Of a stretch of DNA of 64,000 bases, positions 17,599 through 28,540 are shown piece after piece; position 1 is the stretch's first letter; each line of letters starts with the position of its first letter. The stretch comes from Polyangiales bacterium (lineage in GTDB: Bacteria; Myxococcota_A; Polyangia; Polyangiales; Ga0077539): contig JBGARZ010000002.1 of assembly GCA_044229975.1 (NCBI GenBank), positions 256,001 to 320,000 of the forward strand. The letters are read 5' to 3'. The position numbers and the translations under genes are program-made. A model generated the notes under the pieces. That model was not told where the DNA came from, did not search any database, and saw only the letters and a list, made by a program, of their open reading frames with translations.

Positions 17599-18180
17599 AT
17601 GAAAGCCCTCTGCGTCGCTCTCGGACTCTCGTTGCTCGTCTGCCCCCCGCTCGCGAGCGCGCAGACCGAGCCTCGGTATCTGCCGCAGGTGCGAACCGAG
17701 CTCACCGCGATGGGCTACACGGCGCAGTGCGCGGCCGTGAGCGCGACGGTGGGCACCTGCCGCGTCGAGCACGTCGGGGCCCAGGCCGCGGGCGCGACCA
17801 GCGCCGGGCGACGCTTCGAGCTGGTGGTGGAGTACAGCGACGTGACCGACACCGTGTACGCGTACCTCGCTCGCTACGCGACGCTGCGGGTCGAGCAGCC
17901 CAACGCCACCACGGCCTTCCGCCGCATCGCCGAGATGAACTGGGAGATGCTCGTGGGGAAGTTCGAGTGGAACGCGGCGTCAGGCGAGCTCCGCCTCGGC
18001 ACCGTGATGCACACCGACTCCAACTTCGACCGTCGTGCCTTCCGCGGTGCGGTGCGCTCGCTGCTGCGGCTGGGTGATCGATACGCCGACGAGGTCGGTC
18101 GTCTCACGGCTGGGACGGTGGGCGAAGCGCCCGCGATCGCGCCGGGCACCACGATGGCGCCCATCGCCGCTCCGCGCTGA
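17599..18180 (+). CDS. Secreted YbjN-like domain protein
   Basis: Signal peptide ending in ASA; the segment EMNWEMLVGKFEW...GELRL resembles the YbjN fold pattern. Confidence 0.55.
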   Translation: MKALCVALGLSLLVCPPLASAQTEPRYLPQVRTELTAMGYTAQCAAVSATVGTCRVEHVGAQAAGATSAGRRFELVVEYSDVTDTVYAYLARYATLRVEQPNATTAFRRIAEMNWEMLVGKFEWNAASGELRLGTVMHTDSNFDRRAFRGAVRSLLRLGDRYADEVGRLTAGTVGEAPAIAPGTTMAPIAAPR

Positions 18181-18189
18181 AGGACTGCG

Positions 18190-19074
18190 CTACTGGCGCA
18201 GCGGCGCGCGAAACACCACAAGGCCATCGCCCGGAGCGAGCGAAGGCGCCGGGGTCACCGCGGCGCCCCACTGCATCGCGCCGTTGTTCTCGGCGAAGGT
18301 GAAGGTGAACGACTCCCCGCGCGTGAGCCGCGCCGCGGTGTTGCCAGGGATGCGCGGCAGCAGCGAGTCGGGCACCAGCATGGCGGCGGGCACGTCGCTG
18401 TCCTGACCCGACGGCACGATTCGACCGCCGTGCCAGAAGCCCACCGCGAGCTGCACCCGATCGCGCAACGTCGTGATGTTGAGCGCCTGGCGGATGGCCT
18501 TGGCCACCATGCCGTAGGTCATCGCGCCGACGAGCGCGCCGAGCACCGGCCCGTCGGGCGTCGCACGCAGCGGAACCGCTGACAGCATGTATCCGCGCAT
18601 CGGCGCACCTTCCATGGTCACGAAGTCGCCCGTGCACGACCCTGCCGTGCCCGCGAGCGCGGCGCCCACGCAGGCGAAGGGCGTACGCAGATCGAGGCCC
18701 GGAAGGTAGTCCCTCCCCGGCTCGCGATCGCCCGCGAGGCCCTTCCCGTCGGGGCCCACCACGCCGACGAAGTACGTGGGGTAGAGCGAGAGCTGGCGAC
18801 CGTTGGCGCTGCGGTCGTCGTGGAGGTCGCGCACCCGGTTGCGCAGGCGGCCCACGTCGAAGGGCGCGTCGAAGCCCGAGATCACCGTCGGCGCGGCGTT
18901 GGTGAGCGTCGTCTGGAGCCCGTTGGTGAGGCGCCCGAGCGCTTCGAGGCCCTCGCGGGTGTGAGCCTGCGCGTGCGTCGCAGCCTCCCGACCGACCGCG
19001 TCGTTGTTGCCCTTGGAGCAACCGAGGCCGCACAGCACCAGCACCCAGGACCATCGCGTGTTCATCGCCGTCAT
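18190..19074 (-). CDS. Hypothetical lipoprotein
   Basis: Lipobox GLGC; normal globular composition. Confidence 0.65.
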   Translation of the reverse strand: MTAMNTRWSWVLVLCGLGCSKGNNDAVGREAATHAQAHTREGLEALGRLTNGLQTTLTNAAPTVISGFDAPFDVGRLRNRVRDLHDDRSANGRQLSLYPTYFVGVVGPDGKGLAGDREPGRDYLPGLDLRTPFACVGAALAGTAGSCTGDFVTMEGAPMRGYMLSAVPLRATPDGPVLGALVGAMTYGMVAKAIRQALNITTLRDRVQLAVGFWHGGRIVPSGQDSDVPAAMLVPDSLLPRIPGNTAARLTRGESFTFTFAENNGAMQWGAAVTPAPSLAPGDGLVVFRAPLRQ

Positions 19075-19134
19075 CGCTCTCTACCGACACCGCCGACCGC
19101 CGACGGTTCCCGCTTCATCGAGTACCACATCACT

Positions 19135-20334
19135 TCACTCGTACCGGAGCGCTTCGACGGGGTCGAGCTGCGCCGCCCGACGCGCCGGAACCACCCCCGA
19201 CACCACGCCCGTCACGAAGGAGCTGCCGAAGGCGACGGCGGCGATCCAGGGCGAGAGGGCGACCGGGACGTCGGGCGCGTAGCGGCGCACGAGGAAGATG
19301 ATGAGCGCCCCGGTGCCGAGACCGACGGCTCCGCCGATGGTGGAGATCACCACGCTCTCCAACAAGAACTGCCAGAGGATGTCCTGCTGCGTGGCCCCGA
19401 CGGCGCGGCGCACGCCGATCTCGCGGGTGCGCTCGCGGACGCTCACCAGCATGATGTTCATGATGCCGATGCCGCCAACCACGAGGGAGATGGAGGCGAT
19501 GGCGAGCAGCACCATGGTCATCGCGCCAGTGATGGCGCCGAAGGTCTTGAGCAGGTCTTCCTGGCTCTGGACGGTGAACGATCGCTCGCCGTTGCGGCGC
19601 CGCGCGAGCACCTCCTCGATCTCCGCAATGGCCGCGGCGGTCTCCTCCTTCGAGCGCGCCGCCGTCACGAGCTGCGAGACGTGATCGAGACCGAAGAGGT
19701 CCATCGCGGAGGTCGCAGGGATGAAGACGAGGTCGTCGAGGTCGAAGCCGAGCGAGCGACCCTTGGGCTCCATCACGCCGACCACGCGAAAGCGCCCGCC
19801 CGCGATGCGCACCGGCTGACCGAGCGGGCTCTCGTCGCCGAAGAGTTCCTGCACCACGCGGCGGCCCAGGACGGCCACGCGGCGGCGCGAGGTGATGTCC
19901 TCCTCGCGCACGAACTCCCCCGCGTCGACGTGCATGTTGCGCAGGTCGCTGAAGGCCGGGCCGACGCCCAGCACCATGGTGTCGCGCTGCCGGTTGCGAA
20001 AGCGCACCGCGCCGCCGCCCTGCACCATCGGCGACACGCCGCGCAGCAGCGACGCCTGACGACTCAGCGCGCGGGCGTCGTCCATGGTGAGCGGGCGCGC
20101 GAGCCCCTGCGCAGGCGGACCAAACCCGCGGGTCTCGGTGCGGCCCGGAACCACGCTGAGCAGGTTGCTGCCGATGCCCGAGAGCGTGTTGTTGAGGTAC
20201 ACGCGGGCACCATCACCGACGCTCACCAGCAGCGTGACCGCGAGAACGCCGATGACCACGCCCAGCATCGTGAGAGCGGCGCGAAGCTTGTTGGCGCTGA
20301 GGGCCAGAAGCGCGCTGAGCATGTGCTCGAACAC
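19135..20334 (-). CDS. MacB/FtsX-like ABC transporter permease
   Basis: LRAALTMLGVVIGV, GGIGIMNIMLVSVRERTREIGVRRAVGA and PARRAAQLDPVEALRYE. Confidence 0.95.
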   Translation of the reverse strand: MFEHMLSALLALSANKLRAALTMLGVVIGVLAVTLLVSVGDGARVYLNNTLSGIGSNLLSVVPGRTETRGFGPPAQGLARPLTMDDARALSRQASLLRGVSPMVQGGGAVRFRNRQRDTMVLGVGPAFSDLRNMHVDAGEFVREEDITSRRRVAVLGRRVVQELFGDESPLGQPVRIAGGRFRVVGVMEPKGRSLGFDLDDLVFIPATSAMDLFGLDHVSQLVTAARSKEETAAAIAEIEEVLARRRNGERSFTVQSQEDLLKTFGAITGAMTMVLLAIASISLVVGGIGIMNIMLVSVRERTREIGVRRAVGATQQDILWQFLLESVVISTIGGAVGLGTGALIIFLVRRYAPDVPVALSPWIAAVAFGSSFVTGVVSGVVPARRAAQLDPVEALRYE

Positions 20335-20335
20335 G

Positions 20336-21043
20336 TCAGTGCCCCTCCAGCGGCGCGCCGTCGTGGACGAGCTGACCGTCGACCAGCTTGATGTTGCGCC
20401 GCGCGCGTCGGGCCATCGCGGGGTCGTGGGTGACGATCACCACCGTGACGCCGAGGTCGCTGTTGAGCGCCTCGAAGAGCTTGACGATCTCCTGGCCTAC
20501 CTTCTGATCGAGGTTGCCGGTGGGCTCGTCGCAGAGCAGCAGCGCGGGCTTCGTGACGATGGCGCGCGCGATGGCCACCCGCTGCCGCTCGCCGCCCGAG
20601 AGGCGATCGGGCGGATGATCCCAGCGGTGGCCGAGGCCCACCCGGTCGAGCGCCTCGCGGGCGCGGCTGCGTCGCTCGCGCACGCCGACGCCGGCGTAGC
20701 GCAGCGGGAGCGCGACGTTGTCCACCGCGCTCGTCCTCGCCAGCAGATTGAACGACTGGAACACGAAGCCGATGAAGCGGTTGCGGAGCGAGGCGAGCTC
20801 GTCGTCGTCGAGCGTTCCGACGTCGTAGCCCGCGAGCCGGTACGTGCCGCGCGACGGCGTGTCGAGGCACCCGAGCTGGTACATCATCGTGCTCTTGCCG
20901 CTGCCCGACGGGCCGATGATGGCGACGTACTCGCCGCGCTCGATGGTGAAGCTCACGCCCCGCAGCGCCCTCACCTCCTCCTCGCCGAGCGTAAACGACC
21001 GCTCCAGATCGATGACCTCCATCAGCGGTCCACCCTCGCTCAT
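20336..21043 (-). CDS. ABC transporter ATP-binding protein (MacB/LolD-like)
   Basis: [31 protein letters not shown] and VTHD. Confidence 0.95.
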   Translation of the reverse strand: MSEGGPLMEVIDLERSFTLGEEEVRALRGVSFTIERGEYVAIIGPSGSGKSTMMYQLGCLDTPSRGTYRLAGYDVGTLDDDELASLRNRFIGFVFQSFNLLARTSAVDNVALPLRYAGVGVRERRSRAREALDRVGLGHRWDHPPDRLSGGERQRVAIARAIVTKPALLLCDEPTGNLDQKVGQEIVKLFEALNSDLGVTVVIVTHDPAMARRARRNIKLVDGQLVHDGAPLEGH

Positions 21044-22209
21044 CGCGGGGCTGTCCCACCTCGATCGACCGACGACACCCTCACCGCCGACCCGTCGCGC
21101 AGACCCTCGACGTTGGTGTTGAGGATCACCACCTCGCCGGGTCGCAGCCCGTCGACGACCTCCACCGACTCCCACGTGGCAACGCCGACGCGCACCGTCC
21201 GACGCTGCGCCTTGCCCTCCGTGACGACGTAGACGGCGCGGTCGGTTCCGCGACCCACGACCGCGATGGGCGGGACGAAGATCACGTCGCTGCGCGTGGC
21301 GGCGATCACGTCCGCGTCGGCGCTCATCCCGACCCGCAGCCGCGCGTCTGTCGGCAGCTCGACCCGGATGGCGATGGAGCGATTGCCCCGACCGTCGGCC
21401 GTCACGCTTGGCGCGATCTCCTGCACGCGACCCGCGATGCGGTCGTTGGGAAACGCGTCGAGCGACACCTCCGCGATGAGCCCGACGGTCACCCGACCGA
21501 GGTCGGCCTCGTCGACGTCCGTGTCGAGGTGCAACCGCGACACGTCCGCGAGCGCCAACAGCGGACCGCCCGGCGCCGTCACCTCCCCCTCCTCCACGCT
21601 CGTCGTCAGCACCATCCCCGCGAAGGGGGCGCGCACCACGGAGCGGCTCATCGCCCCCCGCGCCATCGCGACGTTGGCGACCCCCTGCGCCCTCGCTGCT
21701 TCCGCCGCCGACACTGCCCGCAGCGCGACCTCCGCCTGCCCCGCGAGCGTCTCGGCTTCCGCGGTCGGTGCGGCCCCGCTCTCACTGAGCCGCCCGATGC
21801 GAGCGGCCGTGCGCTGGGCCAGCCGTGCGCTCGACTCGGCCTGCGCCCGCTGCGCCCCCGCGACGAGCACCCCGGTCTCGGCGCTGTGCAGCCGGTCGCG
21901 CAGGTCGGACGTGTCGTAGGTCACCAGCGGCTCACCTGCCGCCACGCGCTCGCCGCGTCGGTGATGCAACCGCACCACGCGCCCGGCGATCTCCGCCCGC
22001 AGCATCGCCTCACGCTCGGCCGCGATGCGACCCGTCGACACCGACGACACCAGGTCGCGCACGCTCCCACGCCGCACCTGCCACGCCCGCACCGCGAGGC
22101 CCTCTGGGGGTCGTCGCTTCTTCCAGACGACCCCGCCGGCGACCAGCGCCGCGGCGACGAGCAGCCACGCCACCCAACCGCGACGCTTGCGCCGGAGGCT
22201 CTCAGCCAC
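21040..22209 (-). CDS. Efflux periplasmic adaptor (MacA-like membrane fusion protein)
   Basis: N-terminal [29 protein letters not shown] and GLRPGE. The start is approximate. Confidence 0.9.
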   Translation of the reverse strand: MAESLRRKRRGWVAWLLVAAALVAGGVVWKKRRPPEGLAVRAWQVRRGSVRDLVSSVSTGRIAAEREAMLRAEIAGRVVRLHHRRGERVAAGEPLVTYDTSDLRDRLHSAETGVLVAGAQRAQAESSARLAQRTAARIGRLSESGAAPTAEAETLAGQAEVALRAVSAAEAARAQGVANVAMARGAMSRSVVRAPFAGMVLTTSVEEGEVTAPGGPLLALADVSRLHLDTDVDEADLGRVTVGLIAEVSLDAFPNDRIAGRVQEIAPSVTADGRGNRSIAIRVELPTDARLRVGMSADADVIAATRSDVIFVPPIAVVGRGTDRAVYVVTEGKAQRRTVRVGVATWESVEVVDGLRPGEVVILNTNVEGLRDGSAVRVSSVDRGGTAPR

Positions 22210-22924
22210 CGCGAACTCCGACTTCCCAGCGCGCGAAGATGGCGTCCATCGTCTCCGGGCTCTCGCAGGCGGCGCCGCGTGCGTCCTCCTCCAACCTCGC
22301 ATCGGCGGGCATCAGGTGGCGCCCGCGAAACAGCACCGCGCGCATCCCCGCATCCCTCGCGCCGACGTAGTCCGCCGACCACGAATCGCCCACGTGGACG
22401 ATGTCCGCGGGTGCGACGCCGAGGCGCTCGGCGGTCCAATCGAAGATCGCCCGATCGGGCTTCTCCATCCCGAGCGCGCCGCTGTCGGCGACCACGTCGA
22501 AGTCGGCGCTCCACCCCATCTCTTCGATGAGAAACGCGAGGGCCCCCTCGGAGTTGGAGATCACCCCGACGGGCACTCCCCTCGCCCGCAGCGCGCGCAC
22601 CCGCTCGATCATCCCAACGATGGGACGCCGCCACAGGTTGCGCCGCGGCTGCTCGGTGAAGAGCCATTCCGCGAGCGGTGAGACGGAGGCATCGGCCACC
22701 CCGACGCTCCGCAGCAGCGTCGACATCAGAAGCACCCACGGGTGACCGCCGAGGCCCTCGCGAATCGCCTCGTTGTACCGGCGCCACATCGCAGGTCGCG
22801 CGTCTTCGAGCGCGTCGGGCGACACCGTCACGCCACGCTCGGCGAGGCGCGCAGCGAGCATCGCGGTGTCCATCTCGGCGAGCGTCTGTCCGAAGTCGAA
22901 GGTCACCGCGCGCACGACCGTCAC
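22202..22924 (-). CDS. HAD-family hydrolase
   Basis: FDFGQTL, VISN, EKPD and HVGDSWSADYVGARDAG. Confidence 0.9.
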   Translation of the reverse strand: MTVVRAVTFDFGQTLAEMDTAMLAARLAERGVTVSPDALEDARPAMWRRYNEAIREGLGGHPWVLLMSTLLRSVGVADASVSPLAEWLFTEQPRRNLWRRPIVGMIERVRALRARGVPVGVISNSEGALAFLIEEMGWSADFDVVADSGALGMEKPDRAIFDWTAERLGVAPADIVHVGDSWSADYVGARDAGMRAVLFRGRHLMPADARLEEDARGAACESPETMDAIFARWEVGVRGG

Positions 22925-25491
22925 GTGGCTCCGCGGACGATCTGCGCCTCGCCCGCGCCCTCCTGCACGACCCACACGACCCCGCGCATCGTGTCGACGT
23001 CCCAGCACCGGGTGCAGCGCCCGTCGCGCGCATCGGCGTTGCGCGTGAGGCCACTGCCTCCGACCGTCACACCCGTCACCATGCTCGCCGCGGTGCCCGC
23101 GACCAGCTCGCTTCGAAGCACCGATACGGTGCCCGTCGGCTGCCACGCGATGGTCCACCCGGTCGAGGTGCGCTCGACCCGCACGTTGGCGTCGGTGCCG
23201 AGCGCGCGCATCGTGGCCGTCGCGCCGGGGAAGGCCCTCATCCGACGGATCGTCGCGCGATCGGAGAGATCCACCACCTGGTCACCCTCGGTCGGCACCA
23301 GCGACTGAACCTCCTGCGGGTTCATCGGCACCACCGTCCCCTCGCGCACCAGCAGCACGGGCTGCCCGATCGGCGCCGCGATGGTCGCGTCGCTCCGCCC
23401 TTCGTACGACGTCCCCGTCCACCAGTGGACCCAGCGCCCAGGCGGCACCCGCACCGCGCGCGTCGTCGCATCGGCAGTCACCACCGGCGCCACGAAGAGG
23501 TCATCACCGAGCAGGTACGCCTCCGGGTCGCGCGCCGACATCGCGTCGTCGGGGAAGGCCACGGCCGCCGACACCAACGGCGGAACGCCCGTCGCCGAGG
23601 CCCGCAGCGCGTGCTCGATGTAGTACGGCGTGAGGTCGTCGTGGAGCCGCGCCAGGCCGCGGTAGATGCGCGTGGCGTCCTCGTCATACGACCACGGGTT
23701 GTGCGACTCGCCGCCGCCGCCGAGTTGCATGAAGGGGCTCAGCGCCGTGTGCTCGGCCCAGCGCAGCAGCACCTCCTTGGTGGGCCTGCCCCCGCGGTAG
23801 CCGCCGGTGTCCGACGCGTAGCTGGGGAACCCGCTCTCGGCGAGCGACACCATGCCGTGAATGGCCGCGCGCAGGCCGCCCACGTTGACCTCGTCGTGGT
23901 TGGAGAGGTCGTTGTCGAGGTCGCCCGGCCAGATGAGGTCGGAGATGGCCTGACCGCCCCACGACGACGCGCGCCCCAGGAGGAATCCGTCGCCGCCCGC
24001 CCACCGGTCGAGCGCCGCGCGGTAGGCCGCGTGATAGCCCTGCGGGTAGAACCAATGGCCGCGCCGCTCGGTGTCGCCGTTGAAGAAGCGGAAGCCGGGC
24101 CGCGTGCCGATGAGCTCGCTGACGACGTCCTCGGCGTAGTCGAGCTTGAAGCCGCGCGCCCCGAGCTCGATGACGGGACGAAGCTGCTGCACCCAGAACT
24201 CTGTCGCGGCGGGGTTGGTCCAGTCGAGCGGCGAGCCGTTGGCGTTGGACATGCCGCTCGGGCCGCCGTAGCGCGTCGGCGTGATGTACGGGCGGCCGCT
24301 CGACGAGCGCACGAGGAGGTTCTGCTCGCGGGCCTGCACCCAGAGGCGTTCGGCGGGGTTTTGCGGCGTCTCGCCGTCGGTCACCGCGTCGAGGAAGGGA
24401 ACGCTCCAGAAGATGCTGCGGAACCCCAGCGACCGCAGCGTCGCCATCATCGCCTCGGGCTCGCGGAAGCGGACGCGGTCGATGGTGTGGTCGGAGTAGG
24501 AGGTCTGCCAGGGGTTGTCGATCCAGATGGTCGACGTCGGGATGCCTTCGGAGCGCAGCCGCCGCGCGTCTTCCAACACCTGCGCGTCGTTGTCCCAGGC
24601 GTTGCGCCACTGCTGATGCCCGAACGACCACCGCGGCGGCATCCGCGGCAACCCCGTGAGGCGCGTGTACGCCGCGATGACCCCGCGCGGCGTCGCCTGC
24701 GCGAAGAGGTGCAGCGTCGCGCGGGTGCCCTCGAAGCGTGCGCTCCAGCGCCCCGGCTCGGTCGCCCCCACGTCGAAGGCGCCCGCTTCGTAGGTCTCCA
24801 CGAAGACGCCGTAGCCCTTTGTCGACACCATGAAGGGCACCGGTACGTGCGCCTCGTTGGTGCCCGACTCCGACTGCCCCGACACATGGAACTGCGCCGG
24901 CACCACCCGACCACGCGCGTCGAAGCCCGCGAACTGCTCGCCGAGACCGTGGTAGCCGCCGTCGTCCATCGGCGCGTCGAAGCGCAGCATCGCCACGTCG
25001 GGCCCGCGCGCCTCGACCGCCAGCGACAGCACGTCGTCGTTGGTGCGCGTCAGTCGCAGCACCACGTCGCCTGTCGACGGGTGCGTGAGCGTGACCGTCC
25101 CGGCGGCCTCGTCGACCGAGCGCACCTCCGTCGGCACCACCCACTCGATGCCCGCGGGGTTGGCCTGCCGCGGGTCGTGAAAGCGCGTCGGGCTGATGCC
25201 TCCCGAGCGCGTCCCGATGACCACCAGCGGCATCGCCTCCGGGCTCTCGATGAGCCCCGTCGACGCGCGCCTCAATCGCAGCCGCGCGGGCGATCCCGCG
25301 AGCGTCGCTTCGAAGCCCGACCCCATCGCGCGGAGGCTCCACGGAATGGCCGGAGCGGGCGCGTCGATGCCCGCCTCCGTCGCGTCGGTGGTGACGTCGA
25401 CCACGCGAGCGTCCATCGCGCCGCCGCTGGGCACGTCGTCGTCGCAGGCGATGGGAAGGAGGGAAGCGAAGAGAAGGAGCGCGCGCTTCAT
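22921..25491 (-). CDS. Glycoside hydrolase family 31 lipoprotein
   Basis: Lipobox PIAC; YTRLTGLPRMPPRW, IWIDNPW, GFKLDYAE (nucleophile), WPGD (acid/base) and YLLGDDLFVAPV. Confidence 0.92.
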   Translation of the reverse strand: MKRALLLFASLLPIACDDDVPSGGAMDARVVDVTTDATEAGIDAPAPAIPWSLRAMGSGFEATLAGSPARLRLRRASTGLIESPEAMPLVVIGTRSGGISPTRFHDPRQANPAGIEWVVPTEVRSVDEAAGTVTLTHPSTGDVVLRLTRTNDDVLSLAVEARGPDVAMLRFDAPMDDGGYHGLGEQFAGFDARGRVVPAQFHVSGQSESGTNEAHVPVPFMVSTKGYGVFVETYEAGAFDVGATEPGRWSARFEGTRATLHLFAQATPRGVIAAYTRLTGLPRMPPRWSFGHQQWRNAWDNDAQVLEDARRLRSEGIPTSTIWIDNPWQTSYSDHTIDRVRFREPEAMMATLRSLGFRSIFWSVPFLDAVTDGETPQNPAERLWVQAREQNLLVRSSSGRPYITPTRYGGPSGMSNANGSPLDWTNPAATEFWVQQLRPVIELGARGFKLDYAEDVVSELIGTRPGFRFFNGDTERRGHWFYPQGYHAAYRAALDRWAGGDGFLLGRASSWGGQAISDLIWPGDLDNDLSNHDEVNVGGLRAAIHGMVSLAESGFPSYASDTGGYRGGRPTKEVLLRWAEHTALSPFMQLGGGGESHNPWSYDEDATRIYRGLARLHDDLTPYYIEHALRASATGVPPLVSAAVAFPDDAMSARDPEAYLLGDDLFVAPVVTADATTRAVRVPPGRWVHWWTGTSYEGRSDATIAAPIGQPVLLVREGTVVPMNPQEVQSLVPTEGDQVVDLSDRATIRRMRAFPGATATMRALGTDANVRVERTSTGWTIAWQPTGTVSVLRSELVAGTAASMVTGVTVGGSGLTRNADARDGRCTRCWDVDTMRGVVWVVQEGAGEAQIVRGAT

Positions 25492-25516
25492 GGCGGCGCA
25501 GGATATCCGAACTAGG

Positions 25517-26137
25517 TCAGACGTCGTGGGGCCTTCGCCGCCAGAGCACGGCCGCGCCCGCGATGGTCGACACAACACCAACAGCACCCAACAGCATCGG
25601 CAGCGGCGTGCTTGGCGTGGCGGGCGGCGGCGCAGCGATCTTCGCGCGCTCGTCGGCGGTCTCGGCGCGGCGTCGCAGCAGCTCCAGCTTCAACGATTCC
25701 AATCCCCGCGCCATGGCCCACTCGTGGTTGGCCGAGAACGCGGGCTTGAGCACGAAGGACAAGCTCCGCAGCAGCGGCTTCTCCGCGCGCACGGTCCACT
25801 TGTACGTGACGACGCAGGTGGAGCCCGCGGCTTCGAGGGTCCACTCGCCGTGACCTTCGAGGTCACCGAAGGCGTCGAGGGCGATGGTGCGCGGTCGCTC
25901 GGCCGCAGTGACCCGCGCGCTCCAACGGAGCGTGTAGGGCAGCCAACCCTTGGTGAAGAAGCTCGTCACGCGACCGATGCCGTCGGCCGCGCCGTGCTCG
26001 ACCTCGGTCACCTCCAGGTAGACCGACGGCCACCAGCGCGGCAGCGACGGGGCGTCCTCCAGGATGCCGAACACCTCCTCGGGCGTCGCCTCGACCTCCC
26101 AGCGCGTGACGAACTCGTACTCGTTGTCGGCTGCCAT
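25517..26137 (-). CDS. SRPBCC (polyketide cyclase/dehydrase-like) protein with C-terminal TM
   Basis: FVTRWEVEATPEEVF...PRWWP, GDLEGHGEWTL and FSANHEWAMARG. Confidence 0.8.
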   Translation of the reverse strand: MAADNEYEFVTRWEVEATPEEVFGILEDAPSLPRWWPSVYLEVTEVEHGAADGIGRVTSFFTKGWLPYTLRWSARVTAAERPRTIALDAFGDLEGHGEWTLEAAGSTCVVTYKWTVRAEKPLLRSLSFVLKPAFSANHEWAMARGLESLKLELLRRRAETADERAKIAAPPPATPSTPLPMLLGAVGVVSTIAGAAVLWRRRPHDV

Positions 26138-27309
26138 CAGGCGTGTCCCGGCAGCGCGCAGAAGTTCTCGTAGTCGATGTACTCGGTGATGCTCGGGGCC
26201 TTGCCGCACATCGGGCACTCGTCGTCGCGGCGCAGCTTGAGCTCGCGAAACTTCATCCCGAGCGAGTCGTAGGTGAGCAGTCGACCGACGAGCGGCTTGC
26301 CGATCTTGAGCACCAGCTTGATGGCCTCGGTGGCCTGGATGACCCCGACGATGCCGGGCAGCACGCCGAGCACACCGGCCTCCTGGCACGACGGCGCGAG
26401 GTGCGCGGGCGGCGGCTCCGGGTACAGGCACCGGTAGCAGGGACCCTCGTAGGGGACGAAGGTCGTCACCTGCCCCTCGAAGCGGAAGATGCTCCCGTGC
26501 ACGACGGGCTTGCGCTTCATCACCGACGCGTCGTTGACCAGGTAGCGCGTCGGGAAGTTGTCGCAGCCGTCCACGATGACGTCGAAGCCCTCGAAGATGC
26601 GGTCGACGTTTTCGCTGGTGAGCCGCTCCTGAAACTTCACCACGTTGAGCTCGGGGTTGAGTCCCTTGAGGGTCTTCTCGGCGGAGTCGACCTTCGGGAG
26701 GCCCACCGTCGACATGCTGTGGATGACCTGCCGTTGCAGGTTGGACGCGTCGACCACGTCGGCGTCCACCAGCCCGATGGTTCCGACACCGGCGGCCGCG
26801 AGGTAGAGCGCGGCGGGAGCGCCGAGGCCGCCCGCGCCGAGGCAGAGCACCTTGGCGTCGAGCAGCTTCGCCTGCCCCTTCTCGCCGATCTCGGGGAGCA
26901 GCAGGTGGCGCGAGTAGCGGTCCCGCTGGTCGGCCGTGAGCACCCGCGGAACCTCCATCGGATAGCGACGGTCCTTCCACTGCGAGAAGCCCGGGTTGGC
27001 GCTCTCGATGTTGGTGTAGCCCATCTCCTGGAGGGTCTTCGCGGCGAGCGCCGACCGCGTGCCGCCCGCGCAATACAGCACGATGCGCGCGCCCTTCTCG
27101 ACGAGCGTCGACTCGGCCTTGCTCTCCAGGTGTCCCCTCGGGATGTGCACCGCGCCGGGGATGTGCCCCGCCCTGAACTCGTCGCCCTCGCGCACGTCCA
27201 CGAGCGTGAAGTCGCGCGGGCCCTCCAGTCGGGTCTTCAGCTCCTCCAGCGAGATCTCGCGGATCGCGCGGCGGGTCTCGGCCATGATGTCCTGAAATGT
27301 CTTCGCCAT
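26137..27309 (-). CDS. moeB: Rhodanese-ThiF/MoeB fusion sulfur-carrier adenylyltransferase
   Basis: N-terminal rhodanese (DVRE..EF..GHIPGA, YCAGGTRS); RYSRH, GAGGLG, SNLQRQ and CxxC pairs. Confidence 0.9.
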   Translation of the reverse strand: MAKTFQDIMAETRRAIREISLEELKTRLEGPRDFTLVDVREGDEFRAGHIPGAVHIPRGHLESKAESTLVEKGARIVLYCAGGTRSALAAKTLQEMGYTNIESANPGFSQWKDRRYPMEVPRVLTADQRDRYSRHLLLPEIGEKGQAKLLDAKVLCLGAGGLGAPAALYLAAAGVGTIGLVDADVVDASNLQRQVIHSMSTVGLPKVDSAEKTLKGLNPELNVVKFQERLTSENVDRIFEGFDVIVDGCDNFPTRYLVNDASVMKRKPVVHGSIFRFEGQVTTFVPYEGPCYRCLYPEPPPAHLAPSCQEAGVLGVLPGIVGVIQATEAIKLVLKIGKPLVGRLLTYDSLGMKFRELKLRRDDECPMCGKAPSITEYIDYENFCALPGHA

Positions 27310-27487
27310 GACTGCGATGCTCCAGTGGGACGCCGAAGGATCGGGCGCCGCGCCGAAGAGACTCGGCTCGCTGGCACCGTCACCATGATGGACGCGGGTT
27401 CTACGATAATGGAGCCCGTGGGGCCAGCGTCGAAGCGTCGCTCGGCATTGACGGTGCGACCGTCGATCCCGTAGGTGTTGCCCGGCA

Positions 27488-28531
27488 ATGGCACGACTGA
27501 CCTATCGGGATGCTGGTGTGGACACGGCCATGGGCGACGCCGTGGTGGAGCGCATCAAGCCCATGGTGGCCTCGACGCGGCGCCCGGAGGTGCTGGGCGA
27601 CCTCGGCGGCTTCGCGGGTCTGTGTCGGCTCCCGATGGGTTTGCGCGACCCGGTGCTGGTGAGCGGCACCGACGGCGTCGGCACCAAGTTGAAGGTGGCG
27701 TTCGCGATGAACCGCCACGACTCGGTGGGCATCGACCTCGTCGCGATGTGCGCCAACGACGTGGCGACGGTGGGCGCCGACTGCCTCTTCTTCCTCGACT
27801 ACTTCGCGACCGGGGTGCTCGAACCCGGTATCGCGCAGGACGTCATCGCGGGCGTGGCCGAGGGCTGCCGCCGCGCCGGGTGCGCGCTGCTGGGCGGCGA
27901 GACCGCGGAGCTGCCGGGGATGTATCCCCGCAACGAGTACGACCTGGCGGGTTTCTGCGTGGGCGTGGTCGACCGTCACAAGATGCTCGACGCGTCGCAG
28001 GTGAAGGTCGGCGACGTGGTGATCGGGGTGCACTCCTCGGGGCTGCACTCCAACGGCTACTCGCTCGCCCGGAGGGCTCTGTTGGAAGAGGCGAAGTACC
28101 CGCTCGACGCGCCGGCGGGCAACCTCAAGCGCACGCTCGGCGAGGAGCTCCTGGAACCGACACGCATCTACGCAAAGGCGGTGCAGCGCGCGGTGGTGAC
28201 CGGTCAGGTGAGGGCCGTCGCGCACATCACGGGGGCCGGGCTGCCGGGCAACATCCCGCGCGTGCTGCCCGATCGTCACGGCGTGACGCTCGACCCGCGG
28301 CGCTGGCCCCGGCCGGAGATCTTCCGTCTCATCCAGGAGGCGGGCGACGTGGAGGAGGCCGAGATGCGGCGCACCTTCAACCTGGGCCTCGGGCTCGTGG
28401 TGGTGGCGGCCGCCCAGGGCGCCGACGCGGTGCTCGCGTCCTTCCGCGAGATGGGCCAGGGGGCGGACATCGTCGGCGAGGTGGTTCCGTCCGACGCGGT
28501 GGACGACGACCGCGTGGTCTTCCTGGGCTGA
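27488..28531 (+). CDS. purM: Phosphoribosylformylglycinamidine cyclo-ligase (AIR synthetase)
   Basis: TYRDAGVD, TDGVGTK, GGETAELPG and GLHSNGYSL. Confidence 0.97.
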   Translation: MARLTYRDAGVDTAMGDAVVERIKPMVASTRRPEVLGDLGGFAGLCRLPMGLRDPVLVSGTDGVGTKLKVAFAMNRHDSVGIDLVAMCANDVATVGADCLFFLDYFATGVLEPGIAQDVIAGVAEGCRRAGCALLGGETAELPGMYPRNEYDLAGFCVGVVDRHKMLDASQVKVGDVVIGVHSSGLHSNGYSLARRALLEEAKYPLDAPAGNLKRTLGEELLEPTRIYAKAVQRAVVTGQVRAVAHITGAGLPGNIPRVLPDRHGVTLDPRRWPRPEIFRLIQEAGDVEEAEMRRTFNLGLGLVVVAAAQGADAVLASFREMGQGADIVGEVVPSDAVDDDRVVFLG

Positions 28532-28540
28532 GCCGTCGCC

